Source of the DNA: an uncultured Acidobacteriota bacterium
GTDB taxonomy: Bacteria; Acidobacteriota; Terriglobia; Acidiferrales; UBA7541
DNA length: 64,000 nt
Assembly (NCBI GenBank): GCA_963832975.1
Contig: CAWHVX010000006.1
Span: 912,243 to 976,242 of the forward strand
Direction of reading: 5' to 3'
Shown here: piece by piece, positions 1 through 7,754 of the stretch
Position numbering within the stretch: position 1 is the stretch's first letter
Layout of the letters: each line of letters starts with the position of its first letter
Notes under the pieces: generated by a model
Seen by the model: the letters and a program-made list of their open reading frames with translations, nothing else
Told to the model about the DNA's origin: nothing
Databases searched by the model: none
Position numbers and translations under genes: made by a program

Positions 1-457
1 CGATGTCGTCCGCGTGCGTCACGAGGTAATTGTGCTTCGTGATCGGCAGCGTGACGCCGGTGATGTCCGTCTCTTGAAAGGCGTCCGAGCCGAGCAGCTT
101 GCTGCCGACCTGGCCGGTGATGCAGACGATCGGCGAAGAGTCCATCATCGCCGTCGCGATGCCGGTCACCATGTTGGTGGCGCCGGGGCCGGATGTGGCC
201 ACGGCCACGCCGATGCCGCCCGTGGCGCGCGCATAGCCATCGGCCATGTGCGTCGCGCCCTGCTCGTGGCGTACGAGAATGTGGCGGATCGAGCTGTACC
301 GCAGCGCGTCATACGCCGGCAGGATCGCCCCGCCGGGATAACCGAAGACGGTCTTCACGCCCTCGCGCTCGAGACATTCCCATAAAATTCTCGCGCCGAT
401 CATTGGTTCCTGTTTCGGCGATTCTTTCTTCTGGCCGGACTCTTTTTGACTGCCCAT
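1..457 (-). CDS. ilvB: acetolactate synthase (AHAS) large subunit, N-terminal part; gene runs off the left edge
   Basis: Own minus-strand translation from ATG 457: [52 protein letters not shown]...[54 protein letters not shown]. This is the canonical ThDP-enzyme N-domain of AHAS. GAGGGAG RBS upstream. Absent from the ORF track because truncated. Confidence 0.85.
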   Translation of the reverse strand, partial: MGSQKESGQKKESPKQEPMIGARILWECLEREGVKTVFGYPGGAILPAYDALRYSSIRHILVRHEQGATHMADGYARATGGIGVAVATSGPGATNMVTGIATAMMDSSPIVCITGQVGSKLLGSDAFQETDITGVTLPITKHNYLVTHADDI

Positions 458-473
458 CTCTCGTCTCCCTCAG

Positions 474-520
474 CCGCAAAAAATAAAACCCACCTTGCCA
501 GCGTCTCTGGCGGGTGGGTT
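474..520 (-). terminator. rho-independent terminator-type hairpin immediately upstream of the ilvB RBS (possible attenuator)
   Basis: CCCACC(489-494)..GCCA/TGGC..GGTGGG(513-518) imperfect stem. On the minus strand it is followed by TTTTATTTTTT (476-488), then GAGGGAG and ATG 457. Confidence 0.55.
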
Positions 521-1038
521 TCTTGAGCTTTCCGGTTGCGTGTTACTCAGCTCAGTCATGCCCTCCGGGCAGAGACGCGTTCGCGAGCCGTACTATTCCT
601 ACGATTTCGAGTCGAAGCCGGCTTGTCGTGAGTTTCATATTCGCGTCCAGTAACTGAGCCATTCCTCGGTGCGCGCCAAACTCGCGCGCCCCTCAAACAC
701 AAGCTAAGTTATCCTCAGCGGATTCCTATGTCAAGGAAGGTTTTGCATACGGTTCTACCCGATCAATCAGTGCCCTGTAGATCGAGCGCAGAGCCAAACG
801 AGTTGGACCTGGTGCGGGGCAACGCCACGAGCCTGAAGGAACGATCGTGCCTCGTTTTGCTCCATCCACTTCGAACGCCTCATCTGTATACTTCTCGGTG
901 AGGCCCAGATCGTGCGGGAGCGCCCCCGCAGCGACGAGCTCGGGGTCTGGTGCTGTCTTCATCTTCGCTCCAAGAACCGACGCGAACAGCCAGGATCATG
1001 TCCGTCAGATCGCCCCTGGAGATCAAGGTCGAATGGCT

Positions 1039-2481
1039 TTAGTAGTCGAACCATTGATCGAGCGCTTGTACTTTTTCTTTGGTATATGGCGGAAACAGGT
1101 GATCGATCGCCACATCCGGTGGGGAAATCAGGATTGATTTGGCGTGCGTGAGAGAATCGTAGCCATATTTCCCGTAGTAGTTTCCGATGCCTGAAGATCC
1201 CACCCCGCCGTACGGCATGGATTCAATGAACAAGAACACGTTCGTCTGGTTCACGGCGCCCCCGCCGAACGAAACGGACTGCAGCACCCGATCGATTGCC
1301 TGCTGATTCCGGCTGAACACATAGGCCGCAAGAGGCTTGGGCATCGACTTGATCTTTTCGATCAGCTTTCCAAGGTCGGAGTAAGTGAGTATAGGCAAGA
1401 GCGGCCCAAAGATTTCGTCTTCCATGATTTTGTCGGACCAGGAAATTGGGTAGAGAATGGTCGGATCGAGATAGCGTGCCGGAGCCTCCGACTTTCCACC
1501 GTAAACGACCTGCTTTGGATCGATCAGGGACGCTAACCGGTTTACGGCTGAGGGGCTGATGATGCGGGAATAATCCGGATTGCTCTTTGGATTGGCGCCG
1601 TAGAGGTCAACGGCAGCCATTCTGGATTCAGCTACGAACTGATCTGCGATCGATTCGTGAACGACAGCATAACCCGGAGATGTACACCACTGTCCTCCCC
1701 ATGTCATTGCGCCCCAAACGATTTTCTTAGCGGCGTCCGAAATGTTCGCTGTCTCGTCGACGATGGCCGGATTCTGCCCTCCCAACTCAAGTAACACCGG
1801 CGTCAGATTTTCGGCTGCGGCGCGCATCACGACCTTCCCAACCCCCACGCTTCCTGTGAGAAACAGAAAATCGAACGGAAGCTTCAAAAGATTGGTAACC
1901 ATGTCGCGTGCGCCGACTACAGCGCTGAACGATTCGGGTTCGAAATACCGGGGAATCAGTTCTAAGAGCAACCCATCCGTCGCCAGAAGTGCCTCAGAGA
2001 GTTTCAACATGCAGGGGTTGCCGGCAGCCAATGCCGCGACGGCGGGACGCAGCGAAAGAAGGAGCGGTCCGTTGAAGGGACAGATGATGAGCGCAACGCC
2101 GTAAGGTTCGCGGTATACCATTCCCTTGTGCCCGGACTTTGCGAGGAATTTTGGGAGAGGCGCTTCGACCGGCTTCATCCAGTCTTTAAGCTGAGATTTT
2201 GTGAACTCGGCCGTTGCAATTGGCGCGGAAACCTCGAAGGCGTTCTCCTGACTTGCCGTCTTGAAGTCCTTACGCGATGCGTCCGCAAAACGGTCGTAAT
2301 TCTCCCTCAGCATGCGCACGAGGCGATCCAGTTGGTCGGTTCTCCACCCATAGGGCTTTGTAGCGTCGGTGTCGAAGTATGCTTTCTGTTTGCGAAACAA
2401 TGCTTCGGCTTTGTCCCACGGGGTGAACTGGATCGAGCCTGCTTGAGTTTCATTCGTCTTTGCATTTGTTGGCGTAGACAT
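1039..2481 (-). CDS. aldehyde dehydrogenase family protein (ALDH3/coniferyl-aldehyde-DH-like)
   Basis: 480-aa ORF with ALDH hallmarks: ICPFNGPL, LELGGQNPAIVD, catalytic-Cys region GQWCTSPGY, EEIFGPLLPI. Confidence 0.9.
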   Translation of the reverse strand: MSTPTNAKTNETQAGSIQFTPWDKAEALFRKQKAYFDTDATKPYGWRTDQLDRLVRMLRENYDRFADASRKDFKTASQENAFEVSAPIATAEFTKSQLKDWMKPVEAPLPKFLAKSGHKGMVYREPYGVALIICPFNGPLLLSLRPAVAALAAGNPCMLKLSEALLATDGLLLELIPRYFEPESFSAVVGARDMVTNLLKLPFDFLFLTGSVGVGKVVMRAAAENLTPVLLELGGQNPAIVDETANISDAAKKIVWGAMTWGGQWCTSPGYAVVHESIADQFVAESRMAAVDLYGANPKSNPDYSRIISPSAVNRLASLIDPKQVVYGGKSEAPARYLDPTILYPISWSDKIMEDEIFGPLLPILTYSDLGKLIEKIKSMPKPLAAYVFSRNQQAIDRVLQSVSFGGGAVNQTNVFLFIESMPYGGVGSSGIGNYYGKYGYDSLTHAKSILISPPDVAIDHLFPPYTKEKVQALDQWFDY

Positions 2482-2526
2482 TCAGTCGCCTCTTTGTTCT
2501 ATTTCTGTTGTTCCCACCTCTCCGGT

Positions 2527-3564
2527 TTAGCGCGCATTCGGAGCGGAACCATTCTTTGTGACCAGCACCATACGAAAGCGAGCCTTCCCGGCCATCATCT
2601 TGGCGTAGGCGGCGGCCGCCTGCTCGAGAGGCATCGTTTCGATCATGGCAGACACCCCGCTGAGAGCACTGAAGCGCAGTGTGATATCCCCGACCTCGGG
2701 TGTTCCTGTGAGGGCACCTTCCAATTTGCGTGTGGCGAAAATCAGATCCATGCCGGAGACCTCGATCGGCTCTGGTCCCACTCCTACGACGATCGCGACA
2801 CCGCTCGGCCGCAATCCTTTAAACGTGGCAGCAACAGTCTTTCCCCCGGACGCGGTTATGAGAATGACGGTAGCACCGCCGAGTGCTTGCAAAGCAGCGG
2901 CAGGATCCGTCGCAGCGCTGTCGATATAGTGGTGAGCGCCAAGCTTCTTGGCTAGTTCGGTTGTGTCAGTTCCACGATCAATTGCAGCGACCTCGAATCC
3001 CATGCGCCTCGCGTACTGAACACCCAGATGACCCAGGCCGCCGATACCGAGCACAGCGACAAGATCGCCCGCTCTTGCAGGCGAGTTCCGCAGGGCGCTG
3101 AACGTCGTGATCCCCGCGCACAGCAGCGGCGCCGCATCGGCGGATGATAGACCGTCAGGAATCGAAACGAGGCCGCTTGTTTTTGCGATCATCACTTCGG
3201 CGTATCCGCCATCGTGATGAACGCCGGTATATTCCTGGTTCAGGCAGTTCACGAGATCGCCATTGCGACAGAATTTGCAATAGCCGCAAAAGCCAGCGAG
3301 GAACCCGACTCCGACCCTCTGCCCCACCGTCCAGCCTTGAACGCCTGTGCCAATGGTGTCTATACGTCCAACGACCTCGTGCCCCGGAACGCGCGGGAAA
3401 TCGATCGGGAAAAGCGCCTCTACGGTCGCGGCGTCCGAATGGCAAACACCACATGCCTCGATTCGGATGCGCACCTGACCAGGACCAGGATCCACAAGTG
3501 GCTTTCTTACTTCCGAGAACTTTCCGGGGCCCGAGAGCTCAATGGCTTTATACGTTGTGTTCAT
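2527..3564 (-). CDS. zinc-type (MDR) alcohol dehydrogenase
   Basis: ORF 2527-3783. Likely start is ATG 3564 (MNTTYKAIEL...). Motifs GVCHSD, GHEVVGRI, Cys cluster CGYCKFCRNGDLVNC and Rossmann LGIGGLGHLGVQYA. Confidence 0.9.
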   Translation of the reverse strand: MNTTYKAIELSGPGKFSEVRKPLVDPGPGQVRIRIEACGVCHSDAATVEALFPIDFPRVPGHEVVGRIDTIGTGVQGWTVGQRVGVGFLAGFCGYCKFCRNGDLVNCLNQEYTGVHHDGGYAEVMIAKTSGLVSIPDGLSSADAAPLLCAGITTFSALRNSPARAGDLVAVLGIGGLGHLGVQYARRMGFEVAAIDRGTDTTELAKKLGAHHYIDSAATDPAAALQALGGATVILITASGGKTVAATFKGLRPSGVAIVVGVGPEPIEVSGMDLIFATRKLEGALTGTPEVGDITLRFSALSGVSAMIETMPLEQAAAAYAKMMAGKARFRMVLVTKNGSAPNAR

Positions 3565-3643
3565 GGAAGCCTTCGCATTCGAACTGACGGTAGGGGTTGG
3601 CCGGAACGGCTGCAATGACATATAATCCACTTTTCCGGCCATT

Positions 3644-4684
3644 GTGAGAATCATGCCTGGGCTGACAATGAAACCAATACCGGCAAGCAGGCGACTCCCC
3701 ATATCGGTGGTTATCCTTGGGGTACCTCCCGTGGAGGAGCTCGATCTGATTGGTCCACTTGAGGTTTTTGCGGGCGCGAACATCGTACTCGGCGCGCGGG
3801 GTCCGGCTTACGACGTTCGAGTAGTAAGCTCCCAACCCAAACCAATCATTGCAGGCGAATGCGGAGTTTCTTTGTTAGCGCATGGCTATTACCGGAGACT
3901 GCGCGAGCCCGTGGACACACTGGTCGTCGTTTGCGGACCGACCTCAAAAGACACACGGGACAGCCGCTTTTCTCTCTGGCTTCAAAAGACTGCGGGCAGC
4001 GCACGACGAGTGGCATCCGTCTGCGTCGCAGCCTTCGTCCTGGCTGAAGCGGGTTTACTCCATGACAAGCGAGCAACAACTCATTGGGCCTTTGCTGCCG
4101 ATTTGCAGAAGAAATATCCAGATGTCAAAGTCGATGCGAATCCGATCTGGATACAAGATGGGAATATCTATACCTCTGCGGGAATCACGGCTGGCATCGA
4201 TCTCGCTCTGGCGATGGTAGAAGAGGACCACGGTGCGTCCGTGGCATTGGATGTAGCGCGCAACCTTATCGTGTTTCTGCGCAGACCCGGCGGTCAGGCG
4301 CAATTCAGCGTTTCCCTATCAACGCAAGCTTCGGGACGTAAGGCGCTACAGGACCTTCAGGTGTGGATGGCAGAAAACCTGAACAAGAATCTTTCTGTTG
4401 ATGTACTCGCCAGGCGTGCTGCTATGAGCCCGCGGAACTTCAGTCGCGTCTTCAGAAAGGAAACTGGCATTACACCCGCTAAGTTCGCGGAACGCTTGCG
4501 CGTGGAGGCTGCACGCCGACAGCTAGAACAAACTGTCAAGGCCATCAAGGAAATCGCTGCTTCCTGTGGCTTCAGCAGCTCTGAGATCATGAGACGTACT
4601 TTTCTCTCACAACTGCAGGTTACACCCAGCGCTTACCGGCTGCATTTTCAGCGCCGTAGTCCACCTGGGACAAGCCGGTCGTAG
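3644..4684 (+). CDS. GlxA-type transcriptional regulator (DJ-1/PfpI-like domain plus AraC HTH)
   Basis: 346-aa ORF, divergent from the ADH gene. N-terminal DJ-1-like part (ISVVILGVPPVEELDLIGPLEVF...TSAGITAGIDLALAMVEED). C-terminal AraC HTH (LARRAAMSPRNFSRVFRKETGITPAKF...GFSSSEIMRRTF). Start may be the internal ATG near 3668. Confidence 0.85.
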   Translation: MRIMPGLTMKPIPASRRLPISVVILGVPPVEELDLIGPLEVFAGANIVLGARGPAYDVRVVSSQPKPIIAGECGVSLLAHGYYRRLREPVDTLVVVCGPTSKDTRDSRFSLWLQKTAGSARRVASVCVAAFVLAEAGLLHDKRATTHWAFAADLQKKYPDVKVDANPIWIQDGNIYTSAGITAGIDLALAMVEEDHGASVALDVARNLIVFLRRPGGQAQFSVSLSTQASGRKALQDLQVWMAENLNKNLSVDVLARRAAMSPRNFSRVFRKETGITPAKFAERLRVEAARRQLEQTVKAIKEIAASCGFSSSEIMRRTFLSQLQVTPSAYRLHFQRRSPPGTSRS

Positions 4685-4689
4685 CGCTA

Positions 4690-4960
4690 TCGACTCCTGA
4701 ATTGTCGGCAAACGGGAAGTAACCCGTTTTTGTCCGTCCCGCGGCCAGCTGGCGACGAATCTGCCGCTGTTCCCGCGCCGCCTCCAGCTTTCGATCCCGC
4801 TCGGCCTGAATCTCCTGTTTGATGCTCGGCGAGCATGTCCTTCGGCGTGATGTTTCCGATGGCGCCGTTCAAACGCACGTTGTTTAGCATCGCGGCCCGC
4901 GCGGGGTCGGAAATCAGTAGCCGTCGACGCAATTCACACGCTAAGACTACCGCAGAGACG
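4690..4960 (-). mobile_element. relic of an IS3-family transposase (integrase-core C-terminus), frameshifted and 5'-truncated
   Basis: Minus strand reads ...NNVRLNGAIGNITPKDMLA. After a 1-nt frame change it continues QEIQAERDRKLEAAREQRQIRRQ, the typical YNxxRxHxAxGyxTPxxxL tail of IS3 OrfB. No DDE core is found upstream. Confidence 0.6.
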
Positions 4961-5241
4961 ATGCCAATGTTTCAACATCAGCTGGACTATTGTTGCCTCT
5001 ACCCAGGTCCGATCAGGCGCCCAGTTTTTGCGTGGGGTACTAGCCAAAAGCTCCAGTACGAGCTCAGTGGAAATTCGATTCACTGAACGTGGGCCGATGG
5101 CCACGGATGTTCCGCTTGGCACACTTCCGGGAATCCCCACGCTTGCTTCTTCTGCCTTGCAATCAATCGGTTACGAACTTGGGCCGAGTGGATCATGCCG
5201 TGCATTCGTTGCATCGAAGGAAGAGGGGGAAGGAGGGGGCC

Positions 5242-5391
5242 ATGGTGGTGCTTTTGATGATTGGAGTTTTGGCATGCCTTATCTTTCTTTGCGTTTCGCC
5301 GATGATTGCCCATTTTGCATCGCGCAAGTCGCGCGACGCGGCTCCTTCGAAATCGCGCCCGATTCAGAAGCACACTTTCTCGGCCCGCTGA
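5242..5391 (+). CDS. hypothetical 49-aa single-TM peptide
   Basis: ATG 5242 is preceded by GGAAGGAGGGGGCC (strong SD). Product: MVVLLMIGVLACLIFLCVSPMIAHFASRKSRDAAPSKSRPIQKHTFSAR. No homology recognised. Confidence 0.35.
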   Translation: MVVLLMIGVLACLIFLCVSPMIAHFASRKSRDAAPSKSRPIQKHTFSAR

Positions 5392-5525
5392 TTCACAACC
5401 CTGGGGAGGGACTCGGCGGGCCAAGGTTGGTCTTGGGAGACTGAATGATGGAATCGAAATGCACCGTTCGTATGAAACTGGGAACATGGTCGAGCCACCA
5501 GCTTGGGGGAACTTGGGCGCGCACC

Positions 5526-5834
5526 ATGCGCCGCGAGTCGAGACGCCGGAAGAGACTGAAGATGTCGCTGCCGCTTCACGTGCGCACGCTCGACGACCGC
5601 TTTGAGGACCATGAGGACCTGGGCGAGGTGGTCGATTTCAATACCGACGGCCTCTACTTCACAACGTCGAAACTTCACTACGAGCCGGGAATGAAACTCG
5701 GCATCACCTTCCCCTTTGGGGAGAACGTATCCGCGCGACGGAAGTTTGTCGGGTCGGTCGTACGCGTGGAGCATCGCTGGATCGGAAGCCGCGGAATCGG
5801 GATTCGGCTGTCAGATGAGGGGTCTGCGTCGTGA
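5526..5834 (+). CDS. PilZ domain protein (single domain)
   Basis: RRESRRRKR (RxxxR) followed by DFNTDG (D/NxSxxG-like). About 100 aa from ATG 5526 within ORF 5445-5834. Confidence 0.7.
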   Translation: MRRESRRRKRLKMSLPLHVRTLDDRFEDHEDLGEVVDFNTDGLYFTTSKLHYEPGMKLGITFPFGENVSARRKFVGSVVRVEHRWIGSRGIGIRLSDEGSAS

Positions 5835-5989
5835 GCTTCCTCTCAATTTGGCCTTTGGGCAATCGTCCCGGGATTGGGCTTGTGGGGGATCGAACCGCTA
5901 GAGACAATATGGGTGTACCGGCCGTCCGCCCCTCGTTCCTGGACGAAAAGCATCCGAACCACGAAAACGGAAAGCAGGTAGCGAATACG

Positions 5990-6523
5990 ATGCACGACAA
6001 GGGTCAGAAGAAATATTCGTCGGGCGGGGCCACCCGGGAAACCGGGACAACAGAAGCCGAGCGTCGCGGCGCGGACCGCCACATCTTCACGGCGTCCGCC
6101 GAGGTCGTCGATATGGCGACGGGCGCGCGATTCTCGACCAGAACCACGGATTTAGGCCCCGGCGGATGCTTTGTCGACACACTGTCCCCATTGCCAGTCG
6201 GTTCACAAGTGCATGTAAGCGTTCGCAAGGGAGAGACCCACTTTCGGTGCGAAGGTACCGTCGTGTATTCGCAGGACGGTCTTGGCATGGGCATCGGATT
6301 CGAGTCTCTCGACGCCACGCAGCAGCAACACCTCGAAACCTGGCTCACCGAGCTTACGGGCGGGCGCTATGTTCCGGCGGTCGACCTTCGCCGCGAAAAA
6401 CGGGCTCCGAAGTCGAGCAGCGGCGATCACGCCATGGTCGTTCGTTTGATCCAGCTGCTGATTGGCAAGGGTCTTCTGACCGAGGCCGAGGGTCAGTCCA
6501 TTTTGCACGACCCCTTGCTATAA
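5990..6523 (+). CDS. PilZ domain protein
   Basis: ERRGADRH (RxxxR) then TDLGPGGCFV. The ORF is open from GTG 5831, which overlaps the preceding stop as GTGA. I prefer ATG 5990 because codon third positions upstream are AT-rich. Start uncertain. Confidence 0.65.
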   Translation: MHDKGQKKYSSGGATRETGTTEAERRGADRHIFTASAEVVDMATGARFSTRTTDLGPGGCFVDTLSPLPVGSQVHVSVRKGETHFRCEGTVVYSQDGLGMGIGFESLDATQQQHLETWLTELTGGRYVPAVDLRREKRAPKSSSGDHAMVVRLIQLLIGKGLLTEAEGQSILHDPLL

Positions 6524-6686
6524 GGCACCGAACGGGCTGCCGAGGCTCTGGCAGGCTGTTCTCGAACGCGCCTCACGGACGTGCAGGTATTTCCTGTAGC
6601 AGGAAATTTTTCCCCGATTCATGTCAAATTGTCGTCCTGGCACTTAGCTAACCCCTTTGAATTCAGTGGCTGCTTCAAGTCCGGCC

Positions 6687-6702
6687 TGGCACACCTCGTG
6701 CA
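6687..6702 (+). promoter_or_regulatory. sigma-54-type -24/-12 candidate (TGGCAC-N5-GTGCA)
   Basis: GG 6688-6689 and GC 6700-6701 obey GG-N10-GC spacing. Lies about 28 nt upstream of ATG 6730 of the third PilZ gene. Confidence 0.25.
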
Positions 6703-6729
6703 CATACGAAAGGGTGAGGGGTGAGTCCG

Positions 6730-7074
6730 ATGGGGGAACGAAGAAAAGCCCGGCGATACGAAGTTTATCTGCCTTTGCAGGTTTGCATCTCGCGTAAGCG
6801 TCCGGCGGAATTCCACACGGCGCAGCTTCGCGATATTTCCCGGTCCGGCATCTACTTCCAGTCGAATGTATCGGTAGAGCCCGGCGCGGGAATGGAACTC
6901 ACGTTTGCGCTTCCCACGGACAAGGAACGGGGAGCATCCGTCCTGGTTCGCGCGAGCGCCAAGGCGCTGCGGATAGCGGCTGTGGAGGGCGAAATAACGC
7001 CCATCTACGGAATTGCGGCCAGCATCGACCGGATTGATTTCGTCCGGCCGGTCGTCGCGACGAACGCCGCCTGA
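6730..7074 (+). CDS. PilZ domain protein (single domain)
   Basis: ERRKARRYEV (RxxxR) and RDISRSGIYF (perfect DxSxxG). The ORF track starts at GTG 6721. ATG 6730 has better RBS spacing (GAGGGG). Confidence 0.75.
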   Translation: MGERRKARRYEVYLPLQVCISRKRPAEFHTAQLRDISRSGIYFQSNVSVEPGAGMELTFALPTDKERGASVLVRASAKALRIAAVEGEITPIYGIAASIDRIDFVRPVVATNAA

Positions 7075-7153
7075 TTTCGCTGGTTCCTGCCGCTTCGCTG
7101 GTCTGGGCTACAACTGCCTCCGATTGCCCTCTCTTTTGTCATTGGGTTCGCGT

Positions 7154-7183
7154 TTGCCGTCGCTTTAAGACCAACGCTAGAAT
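7154..7183 (+). promoter_or_regulatory. sigma-70-like promoter candidate TTGCCG-18nt-TAGAAT
   Basis: TAGAAT at 7178-7183 lies 6 nt before ATG 7190, which would make the mRNA leaderless. Confidence 0.35.
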
Positions 7184-7189
7184 GGCCGC

Positions 7190-7612
7190 ATGCGCATTTC
7201 CCCGCGATCGAGCGCGCGTTCCGGCGAATCCTCCGCTGAGCCTGCCGATCTCGAGCGCCGCGTCTTGCGCGGACTCTGCCACGCCAGAGTGGCGCGCCCG
7301 ATGTGGGCCAAAATCTCGATGGCTTTGCGCGAATACACTTGGCGGGATGTTGAGCACGGACTTGTGTACGCGGCGATCCAGCGCCTCGGCCCTCAAGATC
7401 CGAAAACGCTGCGCGAACAACTCCCTGCGCAGGCCACGCGCATGGGATTCCCCGACATCGACTGGCAAGCGTACTTTTCCGCGGAGGAGAAGCCGCGTGC
7501 GACGCCGGGCGCCGATCAGATCGTGCGCCAAATCAACCGACTGATTCGACCGCCACGAGCCGCCGCCGCGCCCGCGGGCGCTAAATCCGGGGGCCAGCGG
7601 CGCCCGGCCTGA
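7190..7612 (+). CDS. hypothetical protein (140 aa)
   Basis: Protein-like composition (..WRDVEHGLVYAAIQRLGPQDPKTLREQLPAQATRMGFPDIDWQAYF..). No family recognised. Confidence 0.45.
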   Translation: MRISPRSSARSGESSAEPADLERRVLRGLCHARVARPMWAKISMALREYTWRDVEHGLVYAAIQRLGPQDPKTLREQLPAQATRMGFPDIDWQAYFSAEEKPRATPGADQIVRQINRLIRPPRAAAAPAGAKSGGQRRPA

Positions 7613-7623
7613 TTCCGCTACAA

Positions 7624-7745
7624 GCCATCTCATAAACGTTCGCGGCGGAAGCGAAGAGTGTCTTCAGGGGCTAAAGCCCAGCTTTTCTTCGTCCTGAATG
7701 TCGGAGCTGAAGCTTCGACCCTCTGACGAGCATTTATGAGATGGC
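7624..7745. repeat. MITE-like 122-bp unit with 13-bp perfect terminal inverted repeats
   Basis: GCCATCTCATAAA (7624-7636) and TTTATGAGATGGC (7733-7745) flank GGGGCTAAAGCCC (7667-7679) and GGAGCTGAAGCTTC hairpin modules. Confidence 0.6.
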
Positions 7746-7754
7746 TGATGGCTT

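Noticed and set aside
726-1137. Small ORFs 726-962 (minus), 847-1137 and 912-1151 (plus) between the ALDH gene and the ilvB leader region.
   Set aside because: They overlap one another, have no RBS or recognisable family, and show irregular composition. The region is left unannotated.
4934-5444. ORFs 4934-5140 (minus), 5028-5444 and 5080-5487 in the gap after the IS relic, considered as the missing transposase core or other genes.
   Set aside because: No DDE-type or other motifs, and they overlap one another. Only the short SD-preceded TM peptide (5242-5391) is retained, at low confidence.
5881-5950. tRNA-like fragment on the minus strand (..GCGGTTCGATCCCCCACA, a T-loop-like TTCGATC next to the IS relic), which could have marked an integration site.
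   Set aside because: The T-stem does not pair (AGCGG versus CCCCA). No acceptor stem or anticodon arm can be drawn from the ~75 nt upstream. Probably coincidence.
6638-6655. A first TGGCAC (CTGGCACTTAGCTAACC) upstream of the third PilZ gene, considered as a sigma-54 site.
   Set aside because: No GC dinucleotide at the required GG-N10 position. Only the second TGGCAC (6687) fits.
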